Assembly: GCF_001457615.1 (NCBI RefSeq)
Contig: NZ_LN831024.1
Coordinates: forward strand, 3,540,001-3,572,000
Length of the DNA stretch: 32,000 nt
Direction: 5' to 3'
DNA from: Pseudomonas aeruginosa
GTDB taxonomy: Bacteria; Pseudomonadota; Gammaproteobacteria; Pseudomonadales; Pseudomonadaceae
Below the pieces are notes generated by a model. That model worked only from the letters and a program-made list of their open reading frames with translations, was not told the DNA's origin and made no database searches. Positions within the stretch are counted from its first letter, which is position 1. Each line of letters opens with the position of its first letter. A program made the position numbers and the translations under genes. Of this stretch, positions 21,852-30,827 are shown one piece after another.

Positions 21852-22024
21852 AACGCACCGAGAGAGAATACGAACATGTTCACCGCCTTCGCCTTCCGCG
21901 GCCGCCAACCTTATACCGTTCGCCGGAACACAGCCCAGGGCGCGACCTTGCGCCCGAAACTGGCGAACCGGCCGGATGCGCCGGTTTCAGCCGGGAAGTC
22001 CTGAACTGCGGAGCGTCTACGGCC

Positions 22025-22246
22025 TCATTGGCAACGGATCACGCCGCTGGCGATTTCGTCGTCGATGGAGCGCAGCGCATCGGCATCCTGGTGCATCTGC
22101 TCGATCACCTCGAGCAGGCGCTGCGCCAGCTTCGGATCGTTCGCCCGCTCGACGGCGCGCATGACCTCGACCGCAGCCGATTCATGATTGTTCGCCATCT
22201 GCTTGAGAGCCTTGCGCAAGCGCTGCTCGGTCCATTTCATCGACAT
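22025..22246 (-). CDS. Hypothetical small helical protein (73 aa)
   Basis: ORF MSMKWTEQRLRKALKQMANNHESAAVEVMRAVERANDPKLAQRLLEVIEQMHQDADALRSIDDEIASGVIRCQ. G/C at codon position 3 is 61/73, typical of real genes here. GGTGA-like Shine-Dalgarno ~8 nt upstream. I recognise no family. Confidence 0.55.
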   Translation of the reverse strand: MSMKWTEQRLRKALKQMANNHESAAVEVMRAVERANDPKLAQRLLEVIEQMHQDADALRSIDDEIASGVIRCQ

Positions 22247-22394
22247 GTCGCTTCACCCAGACTGCATATACGGACCCGCCAGGAACGACAGGCTCGCTTA
22301 AGAGCGCCGGACCCGGAACAAGTTCAACCTGCCGTCGCGCCCATGAGGGCGGATTGGGTACCGGAAAGGCAAGCGGAGAAGAGATCGTGAAGCG

Positions 22395-22425
22395 CAAACG
22401 AAAACGCCAGGCACAAGGCCTGGCG
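22395..22425 (-). terminator. Rho-independent terminator at the end of the tRNA operon
   Basis: Minus-strand RNA reads CGCCAGGC-CUUGU-GCCUGGCG followed by UUUUCGUUUG. Confidence 0.7.
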
Positions 22426-22435
22426 CTTCTAAATA

Positions 22436-22512
22436 TGGGGTGGACGATGGGAATCGAACCCACGACACCAGGAGCCACAATCCTGTGCTCTACCAACTGA
22501 GCTACGCCCACC
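22436..22512 (-). tRNA. tRNA-His (anticodon GTG), distal copy
   Basis: Reverse complement GGTGGGCGTAGCTCAGTTGGTAGAGCACAGGATTGTGGCTCCTGGTGTCGTGGGTTCGATTCCCATCGTCCACCCCA. It carries the extra 5' G typical of tRNA-His, anticodon loop TTGTGGC and an encoded CCA. Confidence 0.95.
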
Positions 22513-22577
22513 ATATCGTGAATCGTGCCGGACGTTCCGGCTTCAACCGCAGCGGCCGGACAAGCCGAGCCTGAAGG

Positions 22578-22662
22578 TGGTGCGGACGGAGAGACTCGAA
22601 CTCTCACGCCTTGCGGCGCTGGAACCTAAATCCAGTGTGTCTACCAATTCCACCACGTCCGC
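22578..22662 (-). tRNA. tRNA-Leu (anticodon TAG)
   Basis: Reverse complement GCGGACGTGGTGGAATTGGTAGACACACTGGATTTAGGTTCCAGCGCCGCAAGGCGTGAGAGTTCGAGTCTCTCCGTCCGCACCA. Long variable arm, anticodon loop TTTAGGT, 85 nt. Confidence 0.95.
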
Positions 22663-22675
22663 GGGACACTGCTTG

Positions 22676-22706
22676 GAAATGAAAACGCCAGGCCCCGGGC
22701 CTGGCG
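22676..22706 (-). terminator. Terminator-like hairpin inside the tRNA operon, between the proximal tRNA-His and tRNA-Leu
   Basis: Minus-strand RNA reads CGCCAGGCC-CGG-GGCCUGGCG followed by UUUUCAUUUC. It is a near copy of the terminal terminator. Confidence 0.5.
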
Positions 22707-22716
22707 CTTCGGAATA

Positions 22717-22793
22717 TGGGGTGGACGATGGGAATCGAACCCACGACACCAGGAGCCACAATCCTGTGCTCTACCAACTGAGCTACGCCCACC
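22717..22793 (-). tRNA. tRNA-His (anticodon GTG), proximal copy
   Basis: Identical in sequence to the 22436-22512 copy. Confidence 0.95.
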
Positions 22794-22843
22794 ATATTAC
22801 GACTTGCGGTAAAACATCGCCTGCTTCTTGCCGATTCGCCGAA

Positions 22844-22920
22844 TGGCGCACCCGGCAGGACTCGAACCTGCGACCATCCGCTTAGAAGGCGGATGCTCTA
22901 TCCAGCTGAGCTACGGGCGC
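22844..22920 (-). tRNA. tRNA-Arg (anticodon TCT)
   Basis: Reverse complement GCGCCCGTAGCTCAGCTGGATAGAGCATCCGCCTTCTAAGCGGATGGTCGCAGGTTCGAGTCCTGCCGGGTGCGCCA. Anticodon loop CTTCTAA, encoded CCA. Confidence 0.95.
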
Positions 22921-23039
22921 TTTATTCATCTGCATTCAATGCTGAGCGCAAACTTTAAGCTCTGGCAATCACAAAGTCAGCAACCGACTTGCTTTACCTC
23001 TTACCCTGCGTCCGGCTGTGCTCGGCAAGCGGGGCGCAT

Positions 23040-23085
23040 GTTATACAGGGGGCGAAAGGCCGTCAACGGGTTTTTTAAAAAAATT
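23040..23085 (-). promoter_or_regulatory. Candidate stable-RNA-type sigma70 promoter (UP element, -35, -10, GC-rich discriminator) for the tRNA Arg-His-Leu-His operon
   Basis: Minus strand reads AATTTTTTTAAAAAACCCG-TTGACG (23066-23061), 15 nt, TATAAC (23045-23040), then ATGCGCCCCGC. The spacer is short. A second weaker candidate is TGACTT (22979-22974), 16 nt, TAAAGT (22957-22952). Confidence 0.4.
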
Positions 23086-23198
23086 CAGCTATATAAAGGA
23101 GTTACGGCAAATCCGCGGGTCGCCTCCTTTGCCCCGGGCGGCGTCCATGCGAAAATGCGCGTCCTTTTTCCACCCGATTCGATGGTTACCCTTCCGAC

Positions 23199-24053
23199 AT
23201 GACCGCACAACTGATCGACGGCAAAGCGATCGCCGCCAACCTTCGCCAGCAGATAGCCCAACGCGTGACCGAGCGCCGCCAGCAAGGCCTGCGCGTTCCC
23301 GGCCTGGCGGTGATCCTGGTCGGCACCGATCCGGCCTCTCAGGTCTATGTGGCGCACAAGCGCAAGGACTGCGAGGAAGTCGGCTTTCTCTCCCAGGCCT
23401 ACGATCTTCCCGCCGAAACCAGCCAGGACGACCTGCTGGCCCTGATCGACCGCCTGAACGACGATCCCGCCATCGACGGCATCCTGGTCCAGCTACCCCT
23501 GCCCGCCCACCTGGACGCCTCCCTGCTGCTGGAGCGCATCCACCCGGACAAGGACGTGGACGGTTTCCATCCCTACAACATCGGCCGCCTGGCCCAGCGC
23601 ATGCCCCTCCTGCGCCCCTGCACCCCGAAAGGCATCATGACCCTGCTCGCCAGCACCGGCGCCGACCTGTACGGCATGGATGCGGTCGTGGTCGGCGCCT
23701 CGAACATCGTCGGCCGCCCCATGGCTCTGGAGTTGCTGCTGGGTGGCTGCACCGTCACCGTGACCCACCGCTTCACCCGCGACCTGGCCGACCATGTGTC
23801 GCGTGCCGACCTGGTGGTGGTCGCTGCCGGCAAGCCGGGACTGGTCAAGGGCGAGTGGATCAAGGAAGGCGCCATCGTCATCGACGTCGGCATCAACCGC
23901 CAGGCCGACGGCCGACTGGTCGGCGACGTGGAATACGAAGTGGCAGCGCAACGCGCCAGCTGGATCACCCCGGTGCCGGGCGGCGTCGGGCCGATGACCC
24001 GCGCCTGCCTGCTGGAAAATACCCTGCACGCCGCCGAACACCTGCACGACTGA
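23199..24053 (+). CDS. folD: Bifunctional methylenetetrahydrofolate dehydrogenase / methenyltetrahydrofolate cyclohydrolase FolD
   Basis: 284 aa, [19 protein letters not shown]...; GILVQLPLP and [12 protein letters not shown] motifs. Confidence 0.95.
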
Positions 24054-24063
24054 GGTCGCCGGT

Positions 24064-24097
24064 AATGAAAAGCCCCGCGTTCGCGGGGCTTTTCATT
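24064..24097. terminator. Bidirectional rho-independent terminator between convergent folD and cysS
   Basis: AATGAAAAGCCCCGC-GTTC-GCGGGGCTTTTCATT: 15-bp perfect stem with flanking A- and T-tracts. Confidence 0.8.
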
Positions 24098-24110
24098 TAT
24101 CGCTGCGGGT

Positions 24111-25493
24111 TCAGTCGGCCAGGCGCCAGGTAGTGCCGCCCTTGCCATCCTCCAGCACGACGCCCATGGCGGTGAGCCGATCGCGAATCCGGTCGGACTC
24201 CGCCCAGTTCTTCGCCGCCCGCGCCTCCAGGCGCGCCTGGATCAGCGCCTCGACCTCGGCCGCATCGACCTTGCCCTCGGCGCCCGCCTGCAGGAAGGCT
24301 TCCGGCTCCAGTTGCAGCACCCCCAGCAGGCCAGCCAACTGCTTCAGGCGCGCGGCCAGCGCGGCCGCCGCCGACAGGTCGCTTTCGCGCAGACGATTGA
24401 CCTCCCGCGCCAGCTCGAACAGCACCGAGCAGGCACCCGCGGTATTGAAGTCGTCGTCCATCGCCGCGGCGAAGCGCTCGACATACTCCGCCGCTTCCGC
24501 CGGCGCCGCCTCGGGCAGCCCCTTGAGCGCGTTGTAGAAACGGTCCAGGGCCGCCTTGGCCTCGCGCAGGTTCTCCTCCGAGTAGTTGATCGGACTGCGG
24601 TAATGGCTGGCGATCAGCAGGTAACGCACCACTTCGGGGTGATATTTCTCCAGCACTTCGCGGATGGTGAAGAAATTGCCCAGCGACTTGGACATCTTCT
24701 CGCCGTTGATGGTGATCATCCCGCAGTGCAGCCAGGACTTGGCGTAGGGCTTGCCGGTCGCGGCCTCGCTCTGGGCGATCTCGTTCTCGTGGTGAGGGAA
24801 CTCCAGGTCGTTGCCACCGCCATGGATGTCGAAGGAATCGCCCAGGCAGCAGGTGGACATCACCGAGCATTCGATGTGCCAGCCCGGGCGCCCCTCGCCC
24901 CAGGGCGACGACCAGCTCGGCTCGCCCGGCTTGGCGCCCTTCCAGAGCACGAAATCGAGCGGATCCTCCTTCGCTTCGCCCGGCTCGATCCGCGCACCGA
25001 TGCGCAGGTCCTCGACCCGCCGCCGCGACAACTTGCCGTAGCCAGCGAACTTGCCGACCCGGTAGTACACGTCACCGTTGCCCGGCGCGTAGGCATAGCC
25101 CTTGTCGATCAGGGTCTGGATCATCGCGTGCATGCCGGCGATGTGATCGGTGGCGCGCGGCTCCTGGTCCGGCTTGAGGATGTTCAGCCGGGCCTCGTCC
25201 TCGTGCATCGCCGCGATCATGCGCTCGGTCAGCACATCGAACGGCTCGCCGTTCTCGTTGGCGCGATTGATGATCTTGTCATCGATATCGGTGATGTTGC
25301 GCACGTACGTCAGGTCGTAGCCACGGTGGCGCAACCAGCGGGTGATCACGTCGAACGCCACCATGCTGCGGCCGTGGCCCAGATGGCAGTAGTCGTACAC
25401 GGTCATGCCACACACGTACATGCGCACCTGGTTGCCGACCAGCGGCGTGAAGACTTCTTTGGTCTTGCTCAGCGTGTTGTAGATCTGCAGCAC
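24111..25493 (-). CDS. cysS: Cysteine--tRNA ligase
   Basis: 460 aa. HIGH-type box CHLGHGRS and KMSKS box. The start codon is GTG (plus strand CAC at 25491-25493), preceded by GAGGAAAG, which spans the glnS stop. Confidence 0.95.
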   Translation of the reverse strand: MLQIYNTLSKTKEVFTPLVGNQVRMYVCGMTVYDYCHLGHGRSMVAFDVITRWLRHRGYDLTYVRNITDIDDKIINRANENGEPFDVLTERMIAAMHEDEARLNILKPDQEPRATDHIAGMHAMIQTLIDKGYAYAPGNGDVYYRVGKFAGYGKLSRRRVEDLRIGARIEPGEAKEDPLDFVLWKGAKPGEPSWSSPWGEGRPGWHIECSVMSTCCLGDSFDIHGGGNDLEFPHHENEIAQSEAATGKPYAKSWLHCGMITINGEKMSKSLGNFFTIREVLEKYHPEVVRYLLIASHYRSPINYSEENLREAKAALDRFYNALKGLPEAAPAEAAEYVERFAAAMDDDFNTAGACSVLFELAREVNRLRESDLSAAAALAARLKQLAGLLGVLQLEPEAFLQAGAEGKVDAAEVEALIQARLEARAAKNWAESDRIRDRLTAMGVVLEDGKGGTTWRLAD

Positions 25494-25502
25494 GGTCTTT
25501 CC

Positions 25503-27173
25503 TCAGCCCTGTCCCCAGGAGTCACGCAGGGTGACGGTACGGTTGAACACCGGCTTGCCCGGCCTGGAGTCCTTCAGGTCGGCGACGAAATAGCCTTCGC
25601 GCTCGAACTGGAAGCGATCCTCCGGGTTCGCCTGGCCCAGCGACGGCTCGGCGCGACAGCCGGTCAGTACCTGCAGGGAGTCGGCGTTGATGTTGTCGAG
25701 GAAGCTGCCGCCCTCTTCCGCCTTCTCCGGATTGGCCGAGCGGAACAGCCGATCGTACAGGCGCACTTCGCACTCGACGCTGCCCTCGGCCGGCACCCAG
25801 TGGATCACGCCCTTGACCTTGCGGCCTTCCGGGTTCTTGCCCAGGGTGTCCGGATCGTAGCTGCAGCGCAGTTCGACGATATTGCCGTCGGCATCCTTGA
25901 TCGCTTCGTCGGCACGGATCACGTAGCTGCCGCGCAGACGCACCTCGCCACCGGGGATCAGGCGCTTGTAGCCGGCCGGCGGGACTTCCTCGAAGTCACC
26001 GGCATCGATGAACAGCTCGCGACCGAACGGCAGTACGCGCACTCCCATGTCTTCCTTCGGATGACGCGGCAACTCGAGGTTCTCCACCTGCCCTTCGGGG
26101 TAGTTGGTGATCACCACCTTGAGCGGTTTCAGCACGCACATGGCACGCGGCGCGGTGGCGTCCAGGTGGTCGCGGATGCTGAACTCGAGCATGCCGATGT
26201 CGACCACGCCGCTGGCACGGTTCACCCCGATCATCTCGCAGAAGTTGCGGATCGACTCCGGGGTGTAGCCGCGGCGGCGATAGCCGGACAGGGTCGACAT
26301 GCGCGGATCGTCCCAGCCGCTGACATGGCCTTCGTCGACCAGTTGCTTGAGCTTGCGCTTGCTGGTCACGGTGTAGTTCAGGTTGAGCCGGGAGAATTCG
26401 TACTGGCGCGGTTGCGCAGGTACCGGCAGGTTGGCCAGGAACCACTCGTAGAGCGGACGATGGTCTTCGAATTCCAGGGTGCAGATCGAATGGGTGATGC
26501 CCTCGATGGCGTCCGACTGACCGTGGGTGAAGTCGTAGCTCGGGTAGATGCACCACTTGTCGCCGGTCTGGTGGTGATGCGCATGGCGGATGCGGTACAG
26601 GATCGGATCGCGCAGGTTCATGTTCGGCGAACCCATGTCGATCTTCGCCCGCAGCGAACGGGCGCCGTCGGGGAACTCACCGGCCTTCATGCGGGCGAAC
26701 AGGTCGAGGTTCTCCTCCACCGAACGGTCACGGTAAGGGCTGTTGCGGCCCGGCTCGGTGAGGGTGCCGCGGTATTCGCGCATTTCCTCGGGACCGAGGT
26801 CGCAGACGAACGCCTTGCCGGCCTTGATCAGCTCGATGGCCCAGGCATGCAACTGGTCGAAATAGTTGGAGGCATAGCAGACCTCGCCGGACCACTGGAA
26901 GCCCAGCCACTTGATGTCGGCCTCGATGGCATCGATGTACTCCTGGTCTTCCTTGGCCGGGTTGGTGTCATCGAAGCGCAGATGGCAATCGCCAGCGAAT
27001 TCCTGGGCCAGGCCGAAGTTCAGGCAGATCGACTTGGCGTGGCCGATGTGCAGGTAACCGTTGGGCTCCGGGGGGAAACGGGTGACGATCTTCGCGTGCT
27101 TGCCGGCATCCAGGTCGGCTTGAACGATCTGGCGCAGGAAGTTCGGGGCGGCGGTGGTCTCTGGCTTGCTCAT
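25503..27173 (-). CDS. glnS: Glutamine--tRNA ligase
   Basis: Start at ATG 27173 ([17 protein letters not shown]) preceded by AAGGA, giving 556 aa. HIGH box LHIGHAKS and VTSKRKL (MSK-type) box. Only 9 nt separate its stop from the cysS start, implying an operon. Confidence 0.95.
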   Translation of the reverse strand: MSKPETTAAPNFLRQIVQADLDAGKHAKIVTRFPPEPNGYLHIGHAKSICLNFGLAQEFAGDCHLRFDDTNPAKEDQEYIDAIEADIKWLGFQWSGEVCYASNYFDQLHAWAIELIKAGKAFVCDLGPEEMREYRGTLTEPGRNSPYRDRSVEENLDLFARMKAGEFPDGARSLRAKIDMGSPNMNLRDPILYRIRHAHHHQTGDKWCIYPSYDFTHGQSDAIEGITHSICTLEFEDHRPLYEWFLANLPVPAQPRQYEFSRLNLNYTVTSKRKLKQLVDEGHVSGWDDPRMSTLSGYRRRGYTPESIRNFCEMIGVNRASGVVDIGMLEFSIRDHLDATAPRAMCVLKPLKVVITNYPEGQVENLELPRHPKEDMGVRVLPFGRELFIDAGDFEEVPPAGYKRLIPGGEVRLRGSYVIRADEAIKDADGNIVELRCSYDPDTLGKNPEGRKVKGVIHWVPAEGSVECEVRLYDRLFRSANPEKAEEGGSFLDNINADSLQVLTGCRAEPSLGQANPEDRFQFEREGYFVADLKDSRPGKPVFNRTVTLRDSWGQG

Positions 27174-27295
27174 GGGATCCTTGGTCATGCTCTCGCCCGA
27201 CCAGGGTAGGCCGGGCAAATCAAAGCGCTTATCATAGCCGAAGCTGTCAACCCCCTGACAGGCCTTCGATTTTCACGACAAAGCGGATTACCCAC

Positions 27296-27793
27296 ATGAT
27301 CAAGCTGCATACCAACCATGGCGTCATCACCCTGAAGCTCGATGAAGAGAAAGCCCCGGAAACCGCGGCGAACTTCAAGGAGTACGTGAAAAGCGGCCAC
27401 TACGACAACACCGTCTTCCACCGCGTGATCAACAACTTCATGATCCAGGGCGGCGGTTTCGAGCCGGGCATGAAGCAGAAGCCCACTCGCGCACCGATCA
27501 AGAACGAAGCCAACAACGGCCTGACCAACAAGGTCGGCAGCATCGCCATGGCTCGTACCATGGACCCGCATTCGGCCAGCGCGCAGTTCTTCATCAACGT
27601 CGCCGACAACGATTTCCTCAACCATACCGCCCCCACCACCCAGGGCTGGGGCTATGCCGTCTTCGGCGAAGTGGTCGAGGGCATGGACGTGGTCAACAAG
27701 ATCAAGGGCGTGGCCACCACCATGCGCAGCGGCCACCAGGACGTGCCGGCCGAGGACGTGATCATCGAGAAGGCCGAAATCGTCGAAGAATGA
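27296..27793 (+). CDS. ppiB: Peptidyl-prolyl cis-trans isomerase B (cyclophilin type)
   Basis: 165 aa. [15 protein letters not shown] cyclophilin core. Confidence 0.93.
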
Positions 27794-27797
27794 AGCG

Positions 27798-28520
27798 ATG
27801 AGCGTCCTGTTCATCTCGGACCTGCATCTCGAAGCGGAACGCCCGGACATCACCCGGGCGTTTCTGTCTTTCCTCGATGAGCGCGCCCGCCGGGCCGAGG
27901 CCCTGTACATCCTCGGCGACTTCTTCGAAGCCTGGATCGGCGACGACGGCATGGACGCCTTCCAGCGCTCCATCGCCCAGTCCCTGCGCCAGGTGGCCGA
28001 CGGCGGTACGCGCATCTACCTGATGCACGGCAATCGCGACTTCCTCATTGGCAAGGCGTTCTGCCGCGAGGCCGGATGCACGCTGCTGCCCGACCCGAGC
28101 GTGATCGACCTGTACGGCGAGCCGGTATTGCTGATGCACGGGGACAGCCTGTGCACCCGAGACGAGGCCTACATGCGCCTGCGCCGCTGGCTGCGCAACC
28201 CGCTCACGCTCTGGGTACTGCGCCACCTGCCACTGGCCACCCGGCACAAGCTGGCACGCAAGCTGCGCAAGGAAAGCCGCGCGCAGACCCGCATGAAAGC
28301 CGTCGACATCATCGATGTCACGCCCGAAGAAGTGCCCCGGGTCATGCGCGGGCATGGCGTGCGTACCCTGATCCACGGCCACACTCATCGGCCGGCCGAA
28401 CACCCGCTGGACATCGACGGCCAGCCCGCCCGGCGCATCGTGCTCGGCGACTGGGACCGCCAGGGCTGGGCCCTGGAGATCGACGCCAACGGCCATCGCC
28501 AGGCGCCCTTCCCGCTCTGA
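27798..28520 (+). CDS. lpxH: UDP-2,3-diacylglucosamine diphosphatase LpxH (lipid A biosynthesis)
   Basis: 240 aa. Metallophosphoesterase boxes [20 protein letters not shown] and GHTH. Starts 4 nt after the ppiB stop, the same gene pairing as in E. coli. Confidence 0.93.
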
Positions 28521-28528
28521 CCCACCCC

Positions 28529-28580
28529 AGGCCCGCCATGCGGGCCTTTCAGCGAAGCATTATGCGATTCGCATTTTTTC
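28529..28580 (+). terminator. Two consecutive terminator hairpins after lpxH
   Basis: GGCCCG-CCAT-CGGGCC followed by TTTC (28530-28550). Then GCGAAGCA..TGCGATTCGC (imperfect stem) followed by TTTTTT (28552-28579). Confidence 0.5.
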
Positions 28581-28647
28581 CGCTGTCCATCTTGACGTCG
28601 CGGGCCACCTTTCAGCAGGATCGCGCTCCCCCACCCCGCATCAAGGA

Positions 28648-29985
28648 ATGATCGTGATCATCTCGAAGGGAAACCTGATCAAGTTCGTCGCCGCCCCCCT
28701 CGGCATGCTCGCCCTCGGCTTCGGCCTGTTCAACGGCGTGTTCTTCTATAACGAAGCCGGCTTCATGACCCACGTAAGGACCATCTTCGGCGACGAGAAG
28801 ATCGTCGATGACGTCGGCTACGCGACCAAGTGGTTCGGTCGCGCCACCACCTGGAAGAAGGCCATCAGCGTGCAGTCCGTGCTGGTCATGGACGATAACG
28901 ACACCAATCCGGACAACGACGGCCTCGGCGCCACCATCGAGGCTTTCCCGATCGTGTTCCTCGGCAACGTCGACGCCAAGGTCGAATCTTCCGCGCGCTT
29001 TCGCCTGCCCGGCGGCGAGCCGTTCCTGAAGATGGCCCAGGAATACCGCAACCCGGACAATTTCATCCGCACCGCACTGGTGCCGGCGATCAAGGAAACC
29101 CTCCAGGCCACCGCTTCGCTGATGAGCGCCGACGACTACTACGCCGGAGCCCGCAGCGAATTCGCCGCCGAGTTCGAGAACCAGCTCAACGACGGCCTGT
29201 ACCTGATCAAGCGCAAGGAAGTCCGCGGGCCGCGCGGCGCCATTCCGCACCAGACCGCGATCCTCCAGGCCGGCACCGAGCAGGGAGCGTTCGGCGACAA
29301 CAACGCCAGCCAGTTCGTCACCGAGAAGGTCACCGATGCCAAGGGCATCCCGGTACGCAAGCAACAGCAGTTCCGCAAGTTCGGCGTCGAGGTGGTGGAA
29401 GCGCGGATCACCAACGTCGATCCCAACCCGCAGTACAAGCAGCGCATGGTCAAGGTCCAGCAGGCGCTCGCCGAGCTGGCGGTGGCGCGGCAGAACCGCC
29501 TGAAGGAAGAAGAGGAAAAGCTGCTGGTCACCGCCCGCGGCGAGAAGGAAGTCGAGGCCAAGCGCCAGGAAACCCTGCGCGACCAGATCGAACGCACCAC
29601 CCAGGCGGAAACCGACAAGCAATTGGCGGTGATCAACGCCGAGCGCGAGAAGCAGCGCGCCGAGATCGAGAAGCAGACCGCCGAACTGCTGCGCGACAAG
29701 GCCACGGTGACCGCCCAGGCCACCAAGATCACCGCCGACGCCGAGGCTTACGCCCGCGAAGCGGTGATCAAGGCGGACGGCGCGTTGCAGCCGAAGCTCG
29801 ACGCGCTGATCGCGATCAACAAGGTCTGGGCCGAAGCCGCCGCCCAGGCCCCCGTCCCCAGCGTAATGATGGGTGCCGGCGCCAACGGCGCGGCGAGCCG
29901 CCAGGACGAGATCGGCCAGCTGATGGGCGTTCTGGCGACCAAGGCCGCCCGCGACCTGGCCCTCGACCTCAAGGTCAAGGACTGA
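28648..29985 (+). CDS. SPFH/band-7 (prohibitin/flotillin-like) membrane protein with a long coiled-coil C-terminal region (PA1791-like)
   Basis: 445 aa. N-terminal membrane segment FVAAPLGMLALGFGLFNGVFF. SPFH-like core (GVEVVEARITNVDPNPQYKQRMVKVQQA). A charged heptad-rich stretch follows (KEEEEKLL...EKQRAEIEKQTAELLRDKA...ADAEAYAREAVIKADG). The start is ambiguous: AAGGA abuts ATG 28648, while GTG 28654 has better spacing. Confidence 0.75.
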   Translation: MIVIISKGNLIKFVAAPLGMLALGFGLFNGVFFYNEAGFMTHVRTIFGDEKIVDDVGYATKWFGRATTWKKAISVQSVLVMDDNDTNPDNDGLGATIEAFPIVFLGNVDAKVESSARFRLPGGEPFLKMAQEYRNPDNFIRTALVPAIKETLQATASLMSADDYYAGARSEFAAEFENQLNDGLYLIKRKEVRGPRGAIPHQTAILQAGTEQGAFGDNNASQFVTEKVTDAKGIPVRKQQQFRKFGVEVVEARITNVDPNPQYKQRMVKVQQALAELAVARQNRLKEEEEKLLVTARGEKEVEAKRQETLRDQIERTTQAETDKQLAVINAEREKQRAEIEKQTAELLRDKATVTAQATKITADAEAYAREAVIKADGALQPKLDALIAINKVWAEAAAQAPVPSVMMGAGANGAASRQDEIGQLMGVLATKAARDLALDLKVKD

Positions 29986-29995
29986 TCCAGGCAGC

Positions 29996-30027
29996 AAAAA
30001 AAGCGCCCCGCGGGGCGCTTTCTTGTT
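29996..30027. terminator. Bidirectional terminator between the convergent SPFH gene and miaE
   Basis: AAAAAAAGCGCCCC-GC-GGGGCGCTTTCTTGTTT. Confidence 0.75.
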
Positions 30028-30033
30028 TCCGGC

Positions 30034-30645
30034 TCAGGCCACCAGGTCCACCGGGAGGCCGCTATGGAAGCGGAATTCGTTGTCCGGACTGCTGATCAGC
30101 TCGGCCTCCTTGGCCCGCACCACCTCGATCGTCCGCTCCACGTCGGCCTCGTCGCCGTACTGGTAGGCCAGCTTCAGGTAGTCCTGGAAATGCCGCGACT
30201 CGGACTTCAGCAAACCGCCGTAGAATTTCGCCAGCTCCGCGTCCAGGTGCGGCACCAGGGCGGCGAAGCGCTCGCAGGAACGCGCCTCGATGAAGGCGCC
30301 GACCACCAGCGTATCGGTCAGCCGCTGCGGCTCCTGCTTGCGCACCAGGTCGCGCAGCGCCGAGGCGTAGCGGGAGGCGCTGACATTGACCACCGGGATA
30401 CCGCGTTTCTTCAGGATCGCCAGCACCTGCTCGAAGTGGCGCAGCTCCTCGCGCGCCAGGCGGCTCATCTTGTTCACCAGGTCCAGGCGGCCGGAGTACT
30501 TGCCGATCAGTTGCATCGCCGTCGCCGCGGCCTTCATCTCGCAGGCCTTGTGGTCCAGCAGCATGACGTCCTGGCGCTCCAGGGCCGCCTCGACCCAGGC
30601 GGCGGGAGTGGAACAGGCAAGGAATTGGTCGATCTCGGGCAACAT
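30034..30645 (-). CDS. miaE: tRNA-(ms2io6A37)-hydroxylase MiaE (non-heme di-iron monooxygenase)
   Basis: Colinear by eye with Salmonella MiaE as I remember it (DHxxCExKAA, EELxHF, GAFIEARSCERFAAL, SExRHxQDYL, EFRFHSG). Start taken at ATG 30645 (MLPEIDQFL); the track start at 30657 is a GTG with no Shine-Dalgarno sequence. Confidence 0.85.
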   Translation of the reverse strand: MLPEIDQFLACSTPAAWVEAALERQDVMLLDHKACEMKAAATAMQLIGKYSGRLDLVNKMSRLAREELRHFEQVLAILKKRGIPVVNVSASRYASALRDLVRKQEPQRLTDTLVVGAFIEARSCERFAALVPHLDAELAKFYGGLLKSESRHFQDYLKLAYQYGDEADVERTIEVVRAKEAELISSPDNEFRFHSGLPVDLVA

Positions 30646-30748
30646 GGTGCAGGTCACTCATTCTGGAAAGGGCCTGCCATGACGCTGGTCGGGGCAGGAA
30701 AGGCGGAGCATTATACGGAAGCTGCGGCGGTCGGGCAGGCCGACCCGT

Positions 30749-30762
30749 TTGATATGCATCAA
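30749..30762. promoter_or_regulatory. Anr/FNR-type binding site with a perfect consensus palindrome
   Basis: TTGAT-ATGC-ATCAA at 30749-30762. A class II geometry (site centred at -41.5) predicts a start near 30797, with TAGAGT at 30784-30789 as the -10. That is 31 nt upstream of the usp ATG. Confidence 0.7.
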
Positions 30763-30827
30763 GAGCAGCGGCTGGATTGCGTCTAGAGTTGTTTCAGCGA
30801 TAACCACAAGCACTCAGGGAGACGATC

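Noticed and set aside
21876-22004. 42-codon plus-strand ORF (MFTAFAFRGRQPYTVRRNTAQGATLRPKLANRPDAPVSAGKS) after the 38-codon ORF
   Set aside because: Basic, low-complexity product with no export or structural signature. Only a weak purine-rich stretch lies upstream, and codon bias is less convincing. It also overlaps the putative hairpin region. Not excluded, but I would not call it a gene.
23100-23198. Possible ZTP (pfl) riboswitch or attenuator in the folD leader (GGGTCGC...CCGGGCGG; small hairpin ATGCG-N6-CGCGT followed by CCTTTTT)
   Set aside because: The conserved pfl cores as I remember them (GACTGGCG and CCGCCTGGGC) are absent. The hairpin has only 5 bp including a G-U pair, too weak to call a terminator.
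24312-27209. 965-aa ORF antisense to cysS and glnS
   Set aside because: Same shadow-ORF explanation. It spans the cysS-glnS junction without regard to it, has a biased R/A/G/V/D/H composition, and has no plausible start context.
27244-27261. Inverted repeat CTGTCA-N6-TGACAG in the divergent glnS-ppiB intergenic region
   Set aside because: It is short (6 bp arms), I can match it to no regulator consensus, and no clear promoter elements are positioned relative to it.
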